A stretch of 64,000 nt of DNA from an uncultured Spartobacteria bacterium (lineage in GTDB: Bacteria; Verrucomicrobiota; Verrucomicrobiia; Chthoniobacterales; UBA6821): assembly GCA_903868795.1 (NCBI GenBank), contig CAIPWR010000041.1, positions 18,540-82,539 of the forward strand, read 5' to 3'. The notes under the pieces were generated by a model that saw only the letters and a list, made by a program, of their open reading frames with translations, searched no databases and had not been told where the DNA came from. Positions 33,148 through 42,366 of the stretch are shown piece by piece (the stretch's first letter is position 1; the number at the start of each line of letters is the position of its first letter). A program made the translations under genes and the position numbers.

Positions 33148-34440
33148 TTAGGAAAAGGATTCCACATTGAAGAGTACGGGATCTCCCTTCACGCAGTTGA
33201 GAGCTGAGATCTCAGCAAGGGCGGCACACATCACTCCATAGGCTGCCTCGTGGATCATCAGCACTAAGGGAGTCTCCACGCCTGCGATCGATTCCGGCTG
33301 TACTACCGAGGAGATGCCGATGCCAGCTGCTCCAAGAACGCCCGCAATGCGGGCCAGAACACCCGGCTTGTCATCCACGGAAAGTCGCAAGTAATAGGAG
33401 CCGACGATTTCTGCAGCTGGACGGCTGCTGCCATAGAGGCTGTGGGATGCAAAGCCGTAGGTCTGGCGCGGGGCATCCAGCACATGGGCCGCCTCGACGA
33501 GATCACCGATGACCGAAGTGGAAGTGGGGCCGCGACCCGCGCCGCGTCCGTAGAAGAGACTATCGCCGACGAGATCACCCCGGACAGCAACGGCATTAAA
33601 AACGCCATTCACCGAGGCCAGGACATTGCCGAGGGGAATGAGCGTGGGAGCCACGCCGACCTCGACCTTGCCGCTAATCTCGCGGATCGAGCCGAGAAGC
33701 TTGATGCAGTAGCCGAGACTCTTGGCGAAATGAATATCGGCCGCACTAACGCTATCGATTCCCTCGACGCGAATCGAGGCGTGATCAACCCAGAAGCCGT
33801 AGGCGAGGGCGGCCAAGATGATCGCCTTGTGGCCGGCATCCCATCCGTTGATATCGAGCGTGGGATCGGCCTCGGCATAGCCAAGTTGCACGGCCTCGGC
33901 AAGGGCCTCGGGGTAGTCGAGGCCTGCTTCCTGCATCCGGGTCAGGATGTAGTTGCTCGTGCCGTTGAGGATGCCGTGGACCGACTCGATGCGGTTGCCG
34001 ACGAAGGCATCGCGGAGCGACTGGATAATCGGAATGCCGCCGGCGACCGCCGCCTCGAAGAAGACGGGAACCTTGCACTCGCTTGCGAGGGCAAAAATCT
34101 CCGCGCCGCGCTCGGCGAGTAGGGCCTTGTTGCCTGTGACAACGATACGGCCCGACCTGATCGCGGCAACCGTAAGGTCAAAGGCCTCTGTGGTGCCGCC
34201 GATGAGTTCGACGACCACTTTGATCTCAGGATCTTCGAGGAGATCTTGCCAGCGGTTGGAAAAGAGTGCGGCGGGTGCCGCAATATCGCGCGTTTTTTTT
34301 GGATCTCGCACAACGATCCGACGGACATCAAAAGAGTATCCGGAGCGCTCCGCGATCAGGTCACGGTGACGTTCAAGATTTTCATAGACCCCGGCACCCA
34401 CGGTGCCGAAGCCGGCTAGTCCGATGCCGATAGTCTTCAT
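33148..34440 (-). CDS. hom: homoserine dehydrogenase
   Basis: The start is set at MKTIGIGLAGFGTVG (Rossmann motif); the ORF extends to 34512. It has a catalytic domain and a C-terminal ACT domain. Confidence 0.9.
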   Translation of the reverse strand: MKTIGIGLAGFGTVGAGVYENLERHRDLIAERSGYSFDVRRIVVRDPKKTRDIAAPAALFSNRWQDLLEDPEIKVVVELIGGTTEAFDLTVAAIRSGRIVVTGNKALLAERGAEIFALASECKVPVFFEAAVAGGIPIIQSLRDAFVGNRIESVHGILNGTSNYILTRMQEAGLDYPEALAEAVQLGYAEADPTLDINGWDAGHKAIILAALAYGFWVDHASIRVEGIDSVSAADIHFAKSLGYCIKLLGSIREISGKVEVGVAPTLIPLGNVLASVNGVFNAVAVRGDLVGDSLFYGRGAGRGPTSTSVIGDLVEAAHVLDAPRQTYGFASHSLYGSSRPAAEIVGSYYLRLSVDDKPGVLARIAGVLGAAGIGISSVVQPESIAGVETPLVLMIHEAAYGVMCAALAEISALNCVKGDPVLFNVESFS

Positions 34441-34619
34441 AAAGCAGCTCAGGATCTTCTCTCTTGAATCGGCCGAGGTAAAGCCGGTTTTGCCTCGGCC
34501 AAAGTCCTTCACCAGGAGTTGGGGTTTCAGGGTGCTTCCTCTATACTCACACGGCTACCCATGGTAGGGTTAATCAATGTCTTTGTTCAGATCGGAAGTG
34601 GCGATCTCCAACACCTTGA

Positions 34620-37600
34620 TTGAACGTGCCTCCTGATCAGGATCAGAGTGTTTTTGCTGACCCTCGCGGGATCAGGCGTCGTGTGCTTCAGGTAGTGGCC
34701 GTCGCCGGCGGGCTCTTCCTCCTAGGCGCCACAGCTTACTTTATCTGGGGCCTGCTGATTGGTCCGCAGCTTCAACTCCCTGCGATGGTGAAGGAGTTCC
34801 GCGCGAGGTTCAAGGCGCTCCCACCAGCCAAGATGCCCATACGGAATGCCAAGGATGACTGGCATCGCATTCATCTCGCCCAGAAAGATCACGCTCAATC
34901 CCCCTCGGCGAGCGTTCCCAAGAACACCGGCATCGTCCTCGGCTATGTCTCTCCTTGGGATCCGGCCTCCCTCCTTTCTCTGGAGCGGCATGCTGATCAA
35001 CTGACTCATGTGGCCGCCGATTGGTTCACACTGACCGGCGTGGAAGGGACACTCAAGGAGGACCCAAGTGACAAGGCCCGCCTGCTCTGTGTACGTAAGG
35101 GGCTCGGATTCCTTCCGATTCTCCGGAATCTCGACGGGAATACATGGCAACCCGAGGCCGTGGAGGAGTTGGCCCATGAGTCGGAAGCAGAGCGGAGTGC
35201 TTTTCTCGACCGAATGGTGAGACGTCTGCCGCCTGGATCGTCCGGTCTTTTGCTTGAGTTGAGCCAGTTGGATCCGACCTATAAGGATGAGTATTCGAGA
35301 CTGATCAAGGAGATGGCCGAGCATCTGCATGCGGTAGGTAAGGAGCTTTGGTTTTCCGCGCCCACTGGCGCTGACTTCGATGCCTTCGATCTATCTGCCA
35401 TCGCTGACTCTGTTGATAGGCTGGTTGCCACGCTCTACGACGAGAACTCGGAACCCGACGATCCCGGTCCGCTTGCCAGCAGCGACTGGTTCCAAGGCTG
35501 GCTCAAAACCATGATGGTCTATGGCGAGCCCTCACAATGGGTGATCGGGCTCGGCGCGTACGCCAATGACTGGAGGAAAGACAACAGTACCGTGGAGCAG
35601 ATCGGTTTCACCGATGCCATGGCGAGGGCCTCCCTCGCAGGCATTGATCCGCTCACGGGAGTGGATTACGAGGGAGGGTCACCGGATTTCAACTACCTTT
35701 CAGGACCTGATCAGCATGAGGAACACGAACTCTGGTTCCTTGATGCGGTAACACTCTTCAACCAACGTCGCCTGATAGCCCCGTTTCATCCCGGTGGAAT
35801 CGGCCTTTATAGGCTCGGGCAGGAGGATCCAGCTGTCTGGGATGTCCTGAGGATGAACCCTGAGAAGCCCCCCGATCTCCAGTCCATGGCCCGGCTTTCG
35901 AAGCTGAACCTTGACGAACTCATTGCCTCAAGCGGCACGGGTGACTTTATCTCCGTCGGAGGGGATCCTCACGAGGGAGACCGGCATTTGGAGACTCACG
36001 CCGACGGCGAATTGGTTGAGCGATATAACAAGTTGCCGATGCCCGAGAGCATCACGCGTCAGGGTGATCCCGGGCCGCGCAAGGTGGCCCTGACGTTTGA
36101 CGATGGTCCGGATCCTAAGTGGACCCCGAAGATCCTGGAGATTCTCAAGGAGAAGAATGCGCCCGCCTCGTTCTTTGTCCTCGGGACGCAGGCCCAGCAT
36201 TATCCCGATCTGTTGGAGCGGATTGCGCGTGCAGGTCACGAGGTCGGCAACCACACCTATACCCACCAGAATATTGCCGAGGAGAGCGACGAGCAGATCG
36301 AACTCGAGCTCAATGCCACGACACGACTTATCGAGGCGGTGACCGGCCACTCCACGGCGTTTTTTCGCCCGCCCTTTGGCATTGATGGAACTCCCAGCCA
36401 GCCCGGGGAGGTCCGATCGCTCCGGGTGATCCGGGATCTCGGGTACCTCACCGTCGCGGAATCGATCGATCCTGATGACTGGGAGCGACCGGGCGCTCAG
36501 GCCATCCTCGATCGGGTCAAGACCCAGAGGGCGTCCGGAGGAGCTGTCATTTTAATGCATGATGGCGGAGGTGATCGCTCCCAGACCGTGGAGGCTCTTC
36601 CGGAAATGATCGATTGGCTCCGAAGTCGCGGTGACGTGATCGTGCCGCTCGGCGACATCATCAACCTACCTCGCGATACTGTCATGCCCCCGCTTCGGGA
36701 GGAGAATCAGCCGCTCTCCGCGCGTTATGTTTATGGCGCTTTTGCTGTCATACGCTTCCTCGAGAATGCCGCCTGGACGCTCCTTGTCATCGTCACACTG
36801 CTCGCGCTGCTCCGTGTTCTCTTCTACGCCCTCTGTGCGCGGCGTCAGCGCCAGAAAGAGAAGTTAAGGGAGGAGTTGCCCATTCTTGCTTCCCCTGGTT
36901 CCTATCCGCCTGCCAGCGTCCTGCTAGCAGCCTATAATGAGGAGCGGGTTATTGCTTCAACGATCCGTCATCTCCTCGATTCCGATTATCCCGCCTCACT
37001 CGAAATCATCGTGGTCGATGACGGATCCAAGGATCGTACAGCCGAAGTTGTGGGATCCATCGCGGTGAATGAGCCCCGTGTCCGGTTAATCCGTCAGCCC
37101 AATGGCGGAAAAGCCTCCGCCCTCGACCATGCGCTCCGTCTCGCGAGTCACGAGGTCATCGTCATGATTGATGCTGATACGATGGTCGCGTCGGATGGTA
37201 TTCGTCAGTTGGTGAGGTCGCTCTCCGAGCCGAAGGTCGGTGCGGTTGCCGGTTACATCCGTGTCGGCAACACCAAACACTGGCTCGGTAGCTTCCAGGA
37301 TCTGGAGTATACTGCGGCCTTTGAGATCGATCGTCGCGCACAGGATCTTCTTGGCTGCATCACCGTGGCGCCAGGGGCACTCAGTGCCTTCCGCCGCAAG
37401 GCGCTTCTCGAGGCCGGACCGATTACCAACGACACTCTTGCCGAGGACACCGACCTCACCCTTCAACTGCATCGGTTGGGCTGGAAGGTAGTGTTTGCCT
37501 CGAAGGCTTTCGCTGATACGGAGGCACCCGAGAGTGTGAAGGCGCTTGTTTCACAGCGCTTTCGTTGGGCCTTTGGAACGCTTCAGTGTCTCTGGAAGCA

Positions 37601-38027
37601 TGGCGACATGACCTTTAATCCCGGTTCCGGTTGGCTTGGGTGGTTTGCCTTGCCCTCGGTCTGGGTTTTTCAAATGGCAGTTGTGGCATTGACTCCAGTG
37701 CTCGATCTGATCGTGCTTTGGTCGCTCTGGCTCGGTCGGGGCGTTGCGATCTGGCCCTATTTTGTTGCCTCGTTGCTCCTCGATATCATCCTTGGAATGA
37801 TTGCTCTGTCGATGGCGGGCCGACCGCTGCGGAAAGCGTGGCTAAGCGCTCCGATGAGACTTCTCTACAGGCCATTGCTCGGCTATGTCGTCTGGAAATG
37901 CATTCTCAAGGCATTAGGCGGAAGCTGGGTGCGATGGTCGAAGCTCGACCGGACCGCCGCCGCCATTATCCAAAAGGAACAAGGGAATCATAAAAAAACG
38001 GAGGCTCCACAAGCACCTGCATCATGA
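34620..38027 (+). CDS. trifunctional-architecture exopolysaccharide protein: TM - GH18-like domain - CE4 (NodB) polysaccharide deacetylase - TM - processive GT2 synthase - TM bundle
   Basis: The GH18-like region is about nt 34926-35834. CE4 motifs are TFDDGP, HTYTH, RPPFG, LMHDGG (about 36075-36674). GT2 motifs are VVDDGS, DAD, AEDTD, QRFRW (about 36906-37589). Hydrophobic helices lie at aa 22-48, 706-740 and 1003-1095. The start codon is non-ATG (TTG 34620 or GTG 34626). Confidence 0.85.
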   Translation: MNVPPDQDQSVFADPRGIRRRVLQVVAVAGGLFLLGATAYFIWGLLIGPQLQLPAMVKEFRARFKALPPAKMPIRNAKDDWHRIHLAQKDHAQSPSASVPKNTGIVLGYVSPWDPASLLSLERHADQLTHVAADWFTLTGVEGTLKEDPSDKARLLCVRKGLGFLPILRNLDGNTWQPEAVEELAHESEAERSAFLDRMVRRLPPGSSGLLLELSQLDPTYKDEYSRLIKEMAEHLHAVGKELWFSAPTGADFDAFDLSAIADSVDRLVATLYDENSEPDDPGPLASSDWFQGWLKTMMVYGEPSQWVIGLGAYANDWRKDNSTVEQIGFTDAMARASLAGIDPLTGVDYEGGSPDFNYLSGPDQHEEHELWFLDAVTLFNQRRLIAPFHPGGIGLYRLGQEDPAVWDVLRMNPEKPPDLQSMARLSKLNLDELIASSGTGDFISVGGDPHEGDRHLETHADGELVERYNKLPMPESITRQGDPGPRKVALTFDDGPDPKWTPKILEILKEKNAPASFFVLGTQAQHYPDLLERIARAGHEVGNHTYTHQNIAEESDEQIELELNATTRLIEAVTGHSTAFFRPPFGIDGTPSQPGEVRSLRVIRDLGYLTVAESIDPDDWERPGAQAILDRVKTQRASGGAVILMHDGGGDRSQTVEALPEMIDWLRSRGDVIVPLGDIINLPRDTVMPPLREENQPLSARYVYGAFAVIRFLENAAWTLLVIVTLLALLRVLFYALCARRQRQKEKLREELPILASPGSYPPASVLLAAYNEERVIASTIRHLLDSDYPASLEIIVVDDGSKDRTAEVVGSIAVNEPRVRLIRQPNGGKASALDHALRLASHEVIVMIDADTMVASDGIRQLVRSLSEPKVGAVAGYIRVGNTKHWLGSFQDLEYTAAFEIDRRAQDLLGCITVAPGALSAFRRKALLEAGPITNDTLAEDTDLTLQLHRLGWKVVFASKAFADTEAPESVKALVSQRFRWAFGTLQCLWKHGDMTFNPGSGWLGWFALPSVWVFQMAVVALTPVLDLIVLWSLWLGRGVAIWPYFVASLLLDIILGMIALSMAGRPLRKAWLSAPMRLLYRPLLGYVVWKCILKALGGSWVRWSKLDRTAAAIIQKEQGNHKKTEAPQAPAS

Positions 38028-39232
38028 GGACTCCTATCACGAAGACCCCTGTTACGGCCTTGCTGCTTGGCATTTTTATCGCTGCAAGCTCAGTCCTGAG
38101 CGGTACCACCCCGTATCAGCAACTTCAGATTCCGGAGAAGGGTGCCTACACAGGTGCCTACTGCGACTTCGGAGACGGGGAGGATGGAGTGACCTATGAG
38201 GCCCTGGAAGATTTTCAGCAGCTCACGGGCAAGCCGATGGCTCTTGTTGCTCTTGGTTCCTTCTGGGGAAGGGGATCTTTTCCCACGCAACAGGTCGAGC
38301 TGGTCCGATCCTATGGAGCGGTGCCACTGCTCTTTTGGTCGCCTTGGGACGCTCCGTACGACGAGAAGCGTGGCCCGGATAAATTTGCACTCACTGAGAT
38401 CATCGCTGGAAAATGGGATGCCTACATCGATCAGTGGGCTGACGCAGCTGCAAAAGTCCCGTCACAATTTTTTGTCTCTTTTGCCTGTGAAATGAACGGG
38501 ACATGGTTCCCCTGGTCCGGATGGTTCTACGGCAAGGGACCACGTGATCCGGTCAAGCCCAAGAATCCTGGAACTACTGCATCCTCAACCGGTGCCGTCG
38601 CCAAACTCATCGGTGCGGATGACGGGCCCGAAATCAATTGGTTCGGCAAGGGCGACATTAAGAATCCCGCCACATGGGAGGGGCCTGAGACATTCAAAAG
38701 GGCATGGCGCCACGTCGTCGACCGTGTTCGTGCCCGCGGCGCGACCAACGTCCTTTGGGTTTTCCAACCCAACAACTACTCCGATCCGCCCGGCTACATT
38801 TCGTGGAATCAACCGGCGGCCTACTATCCCGGGTCAAAGTATGTCGACTGGCTAGGACTGAGCGTTTACGGAAAACAGACCAATAATCAGGAAGACGACC
38901 AGTGGTGCGGCTTCAGCAAACTTCTGGAGTGGCCCTATGCCGAGATGTGTGCGCTCGATCCGGACAAGCCGATCATGCTTGCGGAGTGGGGTGTGGCGGA
39001 ATCCCATCGCTCGGGTGAAGACAAGGGTGCATTCATTGCCGAGGCGTTCCATGAGATGGGGAATGCATCCAAATACCCCAGGCTCAAGGCTGCGATCTTC
39101 TGGCATGAGCGCTGGCAGAACGACGACGGCTCCTACAGCAATCTGCGGGTGAATTCCTCCCGTGCCTCCCTTCAGTCCTACCGCGATGGCGTGCTCAATC
39201 CCTTCTGGATCGGCAGGCCGATCTGGAAATAA
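38024..39232 (+). CDS. secreted GH26-like (clan GH-A) glycoside hydrolase
   Basis: The start overlaps the upstream stop (ATGA). Signal peptide ALLLGIFIAASSVLSG. FACEMNGTWFPWSGW resembles the GH26 HEMNG.WFWW acid/base block, and IMLAEWGV resembles the nucleophile block. Confidence 0.7.
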   Translation: MRTPITKTPVTALLLGIFIAASSVLSGTTPYQQLQIPEKGAYTGAYCDFGDGEDGVTYEALEDFQQLTGKPMALVALGSFWGRGSFPTQQVELVRSYGAVPLLFWSPWDAPYDEKRGPDKFALTEIIAGKWDAYIDQWADAAAKVPSQFFVSFACEMNGTWFPWSGWFYGKGPRDPVKPKNPGTTASSTGAVAKLIGADDGPEINWFGKGDIKNPATWEGPETFKRAWRHVVDRVRARGATNVLWVFQPNNYSDPPGYISWNQPAAYYPGSKYVDWLGLSVYGKQTNNQEDDQWCGFSKLLEWPYAEMCALDPDKPIMLAEWGVAESHRSGEDKGAFIAEAFHEMGNASKYPRLKAAIFWHERWQNDDGSYSNLRVNSSRASLQSYRDGVLNPFWIGRPIWK

Positions 39233-39296
39233 AAGAGCAAAGAGAGTCTTGCTTACGGGTTTTGACCCGGAGGGATTCTCGCTGTAGCCTTAAAGG

Positions 39297-40586
39297 ATGC
39301 GTTTGATTTCCTACAAAGACCACGGCTTTGACCGCTCCCTTGCTGACTTGAATCGCCAAGCCGAACCGCGCGCCGAAGTGCGTGAGACGGTCTCGGAAAT
39401 CATTGCCGATATCCGAAAGAAAGGAGATGCCGCGCTTCTCGCCTACACGCAGAAATTCGGAGGACCGAAGATCACGGCCCCCAAGATCCGGGTCACTCCT
39501 GAGGAGATCAAGAAAGCGCAGGCATCCTTGTCTCCCGAAGTCAAAAAAGCCCTCTCCGCCTCGATTGCGAACGTCACGGCATTTGCCAAAAAGAGCCTTC
39601 GTAAGAACTGGTCGATGAAGAACGCTCAGGGGGCGCTTGTCGGGGAACGATTTGACCCGCTTCCGAGGGTGGGCCTATACATTCCCGGCGGCACGGCCCC
39701 TCTTGTCTCGAGTGCCATCATGACCTGTGGGTTTGCCAAGGCGGCCGGAGTCCCTGAGATCGTGGCTGTTACCCCTGCTGCTCAGGATGGGAGTGTGTCT
39801 CCGGCATTATTGGCCGCTCTTCATCTCTGTGGTGCAACGGAAATCTACCGCGTCGGGGGAGCCCAGGCGGTTGCCGCGCTGGCCTACGGCACCAAGACGA
39901 TCCGCCCTGTCACAAAGATCTTCGGACCGGGGAATGCCTATGTCGTCGAGGCGAAGCGTCAGGTTTTCGGGCGGGTGGGTATCGACCTGCTTCCTGGGCC
40001 CAGCGAAGTACTTGTGATTGCTGACGCGAAGGCCAATCCCGTATGGGTGGCCGCTGATCTACTTGCGCAGTCAGAGCATGGGGCAGGAAGTGTCGTGGTG
40101 CTCTTGAGTGATTCCGACAAGCTTATCGCTTCCGTTCAGAAAGAGGTAACGCGACAGTCGCAGCTTTCATCTCGCCCCGAGCATCTTGCGAAAGCAATGG
40201 CCAACGCAGTGCTCGTCCGCGTGCGTGACATGGCGCAGGCCGTGGAGATCGCCAACGGATTCTCCGCCGAGCATGTCTCCCTGGCTGTCCGCAAGCCCGA
40301 GTTGCTTGCAACCAAGCTAAACTCTGCGGGAGGAATTTTTCTCGGAGACATCTCGCCGGTGGCCGCCGGGGATTTCCTTGCCGGCCCAAGCCACGAACTC
40401 CCCACTGGGGGAGCTGGGAAGGCCTTTGCAGGACTCACCGCCGAGCAGTTCCAGAGACGCACCAGTATCGTCCGCTATGATGTTGTCTCGCTCAAAAAAT
40501 CCCTGCCGATCATCGAGACCTTTTGCGAGGTCGAGGGACTCGACGCCCACGGGCGTTCCGTTTCGTTGCGCGTGAAGGGAGAGTAA
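39297..40586 (+). CDS. hisD: histidinol dehydrogenase
   Basis: 429 aa with HisD blocks (YIPGGTAPLVSSAIM, LLAQSEHG, GDFLAGPSHELPTGG). Confidence 0.93.
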   Translation: MRLISYKDHGFDRSLADLNRQAEPRAEVRETVSEIIADIRKKGDAALLAYTQKFGGPKITAPKIRVTPEEIKKAQASLSPEVKKALSASIANVTAFAKKSLRKNWSMKNAQGALVGERFDPLPRVGLYIPGGTAPLVSSAIMTCGFAKAAGVPEIVAVTPAAQDGSVSPALLAALHLCGATEIYRVGGAQAVAALAYGTKTIRPVTKIFGPGNAYVVEAKRQVFGRVGIDLLPGPSEVLVIADAKANPVWVAADLLAQSEHGAGSVVVLLSDSDKLIASVQKEVTRQSQLSSRPEHLAKAMANAVLVRVRDMAQAVEIANGFSAEHVSLAVRKPELLATKLNSAGGIFLGDISPVAAGDFLAGPSHELPTGGAGKAFAGLTAEQFQRRTSIVRYDVVSLKKSLPIIETFCEVEGLDAHGRSVSLRVKGE

Positions 40587-40589
40587 GGG

Positions 40590-41444
40590 ATGCTCTGGAG
40601 ATTCCGAGGGCGTCAGCTCGATCTCTCCTTGCAGGGCGCCATCGTCGGAATTGTGAATGCGACCCCGGATTCTTTCTCGGATGGAGGGGCGTTTTTGGAT
40701 CCGTCGGCGGCCTCTGCACAGGGACTGAAACTTCTCGAGGAGGGGGCCTCGCTACTCGATCTCGGTGGTGAGTCGACCCGCCCGGGATCGCTTCCCATAT
40801 CGACTGAAGAAGAGTTGCGCCGTGTCGTGCCTGTGGTCAAAGCACTAAGAGCCCGAACTGACGCTCCGATTTCCATCGATACCTCCAAGGCTGCCGTGGC
40901 CGAGGCATGTCTCTCCGAGGGGGCAGATATCATCAATGATGTGACAGCCCTTGAAGGAGACCCACGGATGGGAGAGGTTGTGGCTCGGACTGGAGCCGGA
41001 CTCATTCTCATGCACATGCAGGGAACCCCCGAGACCATGCAGGTGAATCCCATCTATCAGCAGGACGATGTGGTGGGTGAGGTGGCAAAATATCTTTCAG
41101 CACGCCGTGATGTGGCCCTAGGCTGTGGCGTGGACTCCGCCGCCATCATCCTGGATCCCGGTCTTGGCTTTGGGAAAACCGTGGCTCACAACCTGGCGCT
41201 CATTCGTGGTATTCCGCAGTTGATAAAGATCGGCTCCCCGATCCTGCTTGGACATTCCAGAAAGTCATTTCTTGGAAAAATCACAGGGGAGAAGAAGCAG
41301 GTCCCTTCGGAGGAGCGTCTTGCTGCAGGCCTAGCCGTGACAGCACTTGCCCGATCCCTTGGAGCCCGCCTCTTCCGAGTGCATGAGGTAAAGCCGCACC
41401 GTGAGGCCCTCTGCATCGCCGAGGCTCTCATAGGTAACCACTGA
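40590..41444 (+). CDS. folP: dihydropteroate synthase
   Basis: GIVNATPDSFSDGG, DLGGESTRPG, INDVTAL, DPGLGFGKT. Confidence 0.92.
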   Translation: MLWRFRGRQLDLSLQGAIVGIVNATPDSFSDGGAFLDPSAASAQGLKLLEEGASLLDLGGESTRPGSLPISTEEELRRVVPVVKALRARTDAPISIDTSKAAVAEACLSEGADIINDVTALEGDPRMGEVVARTGAGLILMHMQGTPETMQVNPIYQQDDVVGEVAKYLSARRDVALGCGVDSAAIILDPGLGFGKTVAHNLALIRGIPQLIKIGSPILLGHSRKSFLGKITGEKKQVPSEERLAAGLAVTALARSLGARLFRVHEVKPHREALCIAEALIGNH

Positions 41445-41448
41445 TACG

Positions 41449-42366
41449 ATGAGTGATTTTTTTCATAAAAACGTTTCGTTGATCGGGCAGTATTGGACCT
41501 CGGGGCTCGAGATCCTGATCCTCTCGACGATCCTCTATTACATCTATCTCTATCTGCGAGGCACGCATGGTGCGCGGATCCTGATCGGTCTTGCGTTGGT
41601 CTTTCTCACCCTCACCTTCATCTCCCAAGTACTTGATCTGGCGGTGCTTGGATGGTTGCTCCGCAGCTTCTCGGTCTTCATGGCGATAGCCTTGGTGGTA
41701 CTCTTTCAGCCGGAACTGCGTCGAGCGCTGAACGAGTTGGGCAGTCACCGGTTTTTTACCACCGCTCTCCAGCGACGTGAGGCGATCGAGGAGATCACGG
41801 ATACCGTCTTTGATCTTTCAAGCAAGGGATTCGGAGCCCTGATCGCACTGGAACGAGACCTAAGCCTAAAGTCCGTTGCCGAGAGTGGAGTCGAGATTGA
41901 TGCCGAATTCTCCAAGGAGCTGCTGCTGACGATTTTCCATCCCAAGACAGTCCTGCATGACGGCGGGGTGATTTTGAGTGGCGACCGGATCGTGGCGGCG
42001 GGTTGTATTTTTCCCCTGACCCAGCGTGACGATCTCGATCGGACGATCGGACTGCGCCATCGCGCGGGGCTTGGGCTTTCCGAAGAGAGCGATACCATCG
42101 CCCTGGTGGTTTCCGAAGAGAGCGGACAAGTTTCGATTTGTCACTCGGGTGCCATCGAGCGCAACTTGAATGTCGAGCGATTCCGAAAGCGACTCTCACA
42201 GCTTCTGATCCGCGAAGAAAATCATGCGAAAAATCCTGCTGCACAATTGGAAGGAGAAACTGGTCTGCCTGCTTCTGGGGTCGGCGCTTTGGTATCTCAT
42301 TCATCAAAACCTGGGTCCTCTTCCGGAACACAAATCGCGAACCGCGGAGAACTCTCAGAACTCTGA
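41449..42366 (+). CDS. cdaA: diadenylate cyclase (CdaA/DacA type) with a low-complexity C-terminal tail
   Basis: Three N-terminal TM helices. DAC domain motifs LHDGGVIL and GLRHRAGLGLSEESDTIALVVSEESGQVSI. Confidence 0.9.
   Translation: MSDFFHKNVSLIGQYWTSGLEILILSTILYYIYLYLRGTHGARILIGLALVFLTLTFISQVLDLAVLGWLLRSFSVFMAIALVVLFQPELRRALNELGSHRFFTTALQRREAIEEITDTVFDLSSKGFGALIALERDLSLKSVAESGVEIDAEFSKELLLTIFHPKTVLHDGGVILSGDRIVAAGCIFPLTQRDDLDRTIGLRHRAGLGLSEESDTIALVVSEESGQVSICHSGAIERNLNVERFRKRLSQLLIREENHAKNPAAQLEGETGLPASGVGALVSHSSKPGSSSGTQIANRGELSEL

Noticed and set aside
34455-34500. Hairpin GGCCGAGG-N14-CCTCGGCC about 30 nt upstream of hom (minus strand)
   Set aside because: No U tract, no leader peptide and no recognisable riboswitch motif. 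It is noted only as a possible mRNA-stabilising or operator structure.
34560-34580. Near-palindrome CTACCCATGGTAG upstream of the EPS synthase gene, considered as an operator or c-di-GMP riboswitch fragment
   Set aside because: It is an imperfect 6+6 palindrome that could easily arise by chance. No GEMM-type conserved blocks are present.
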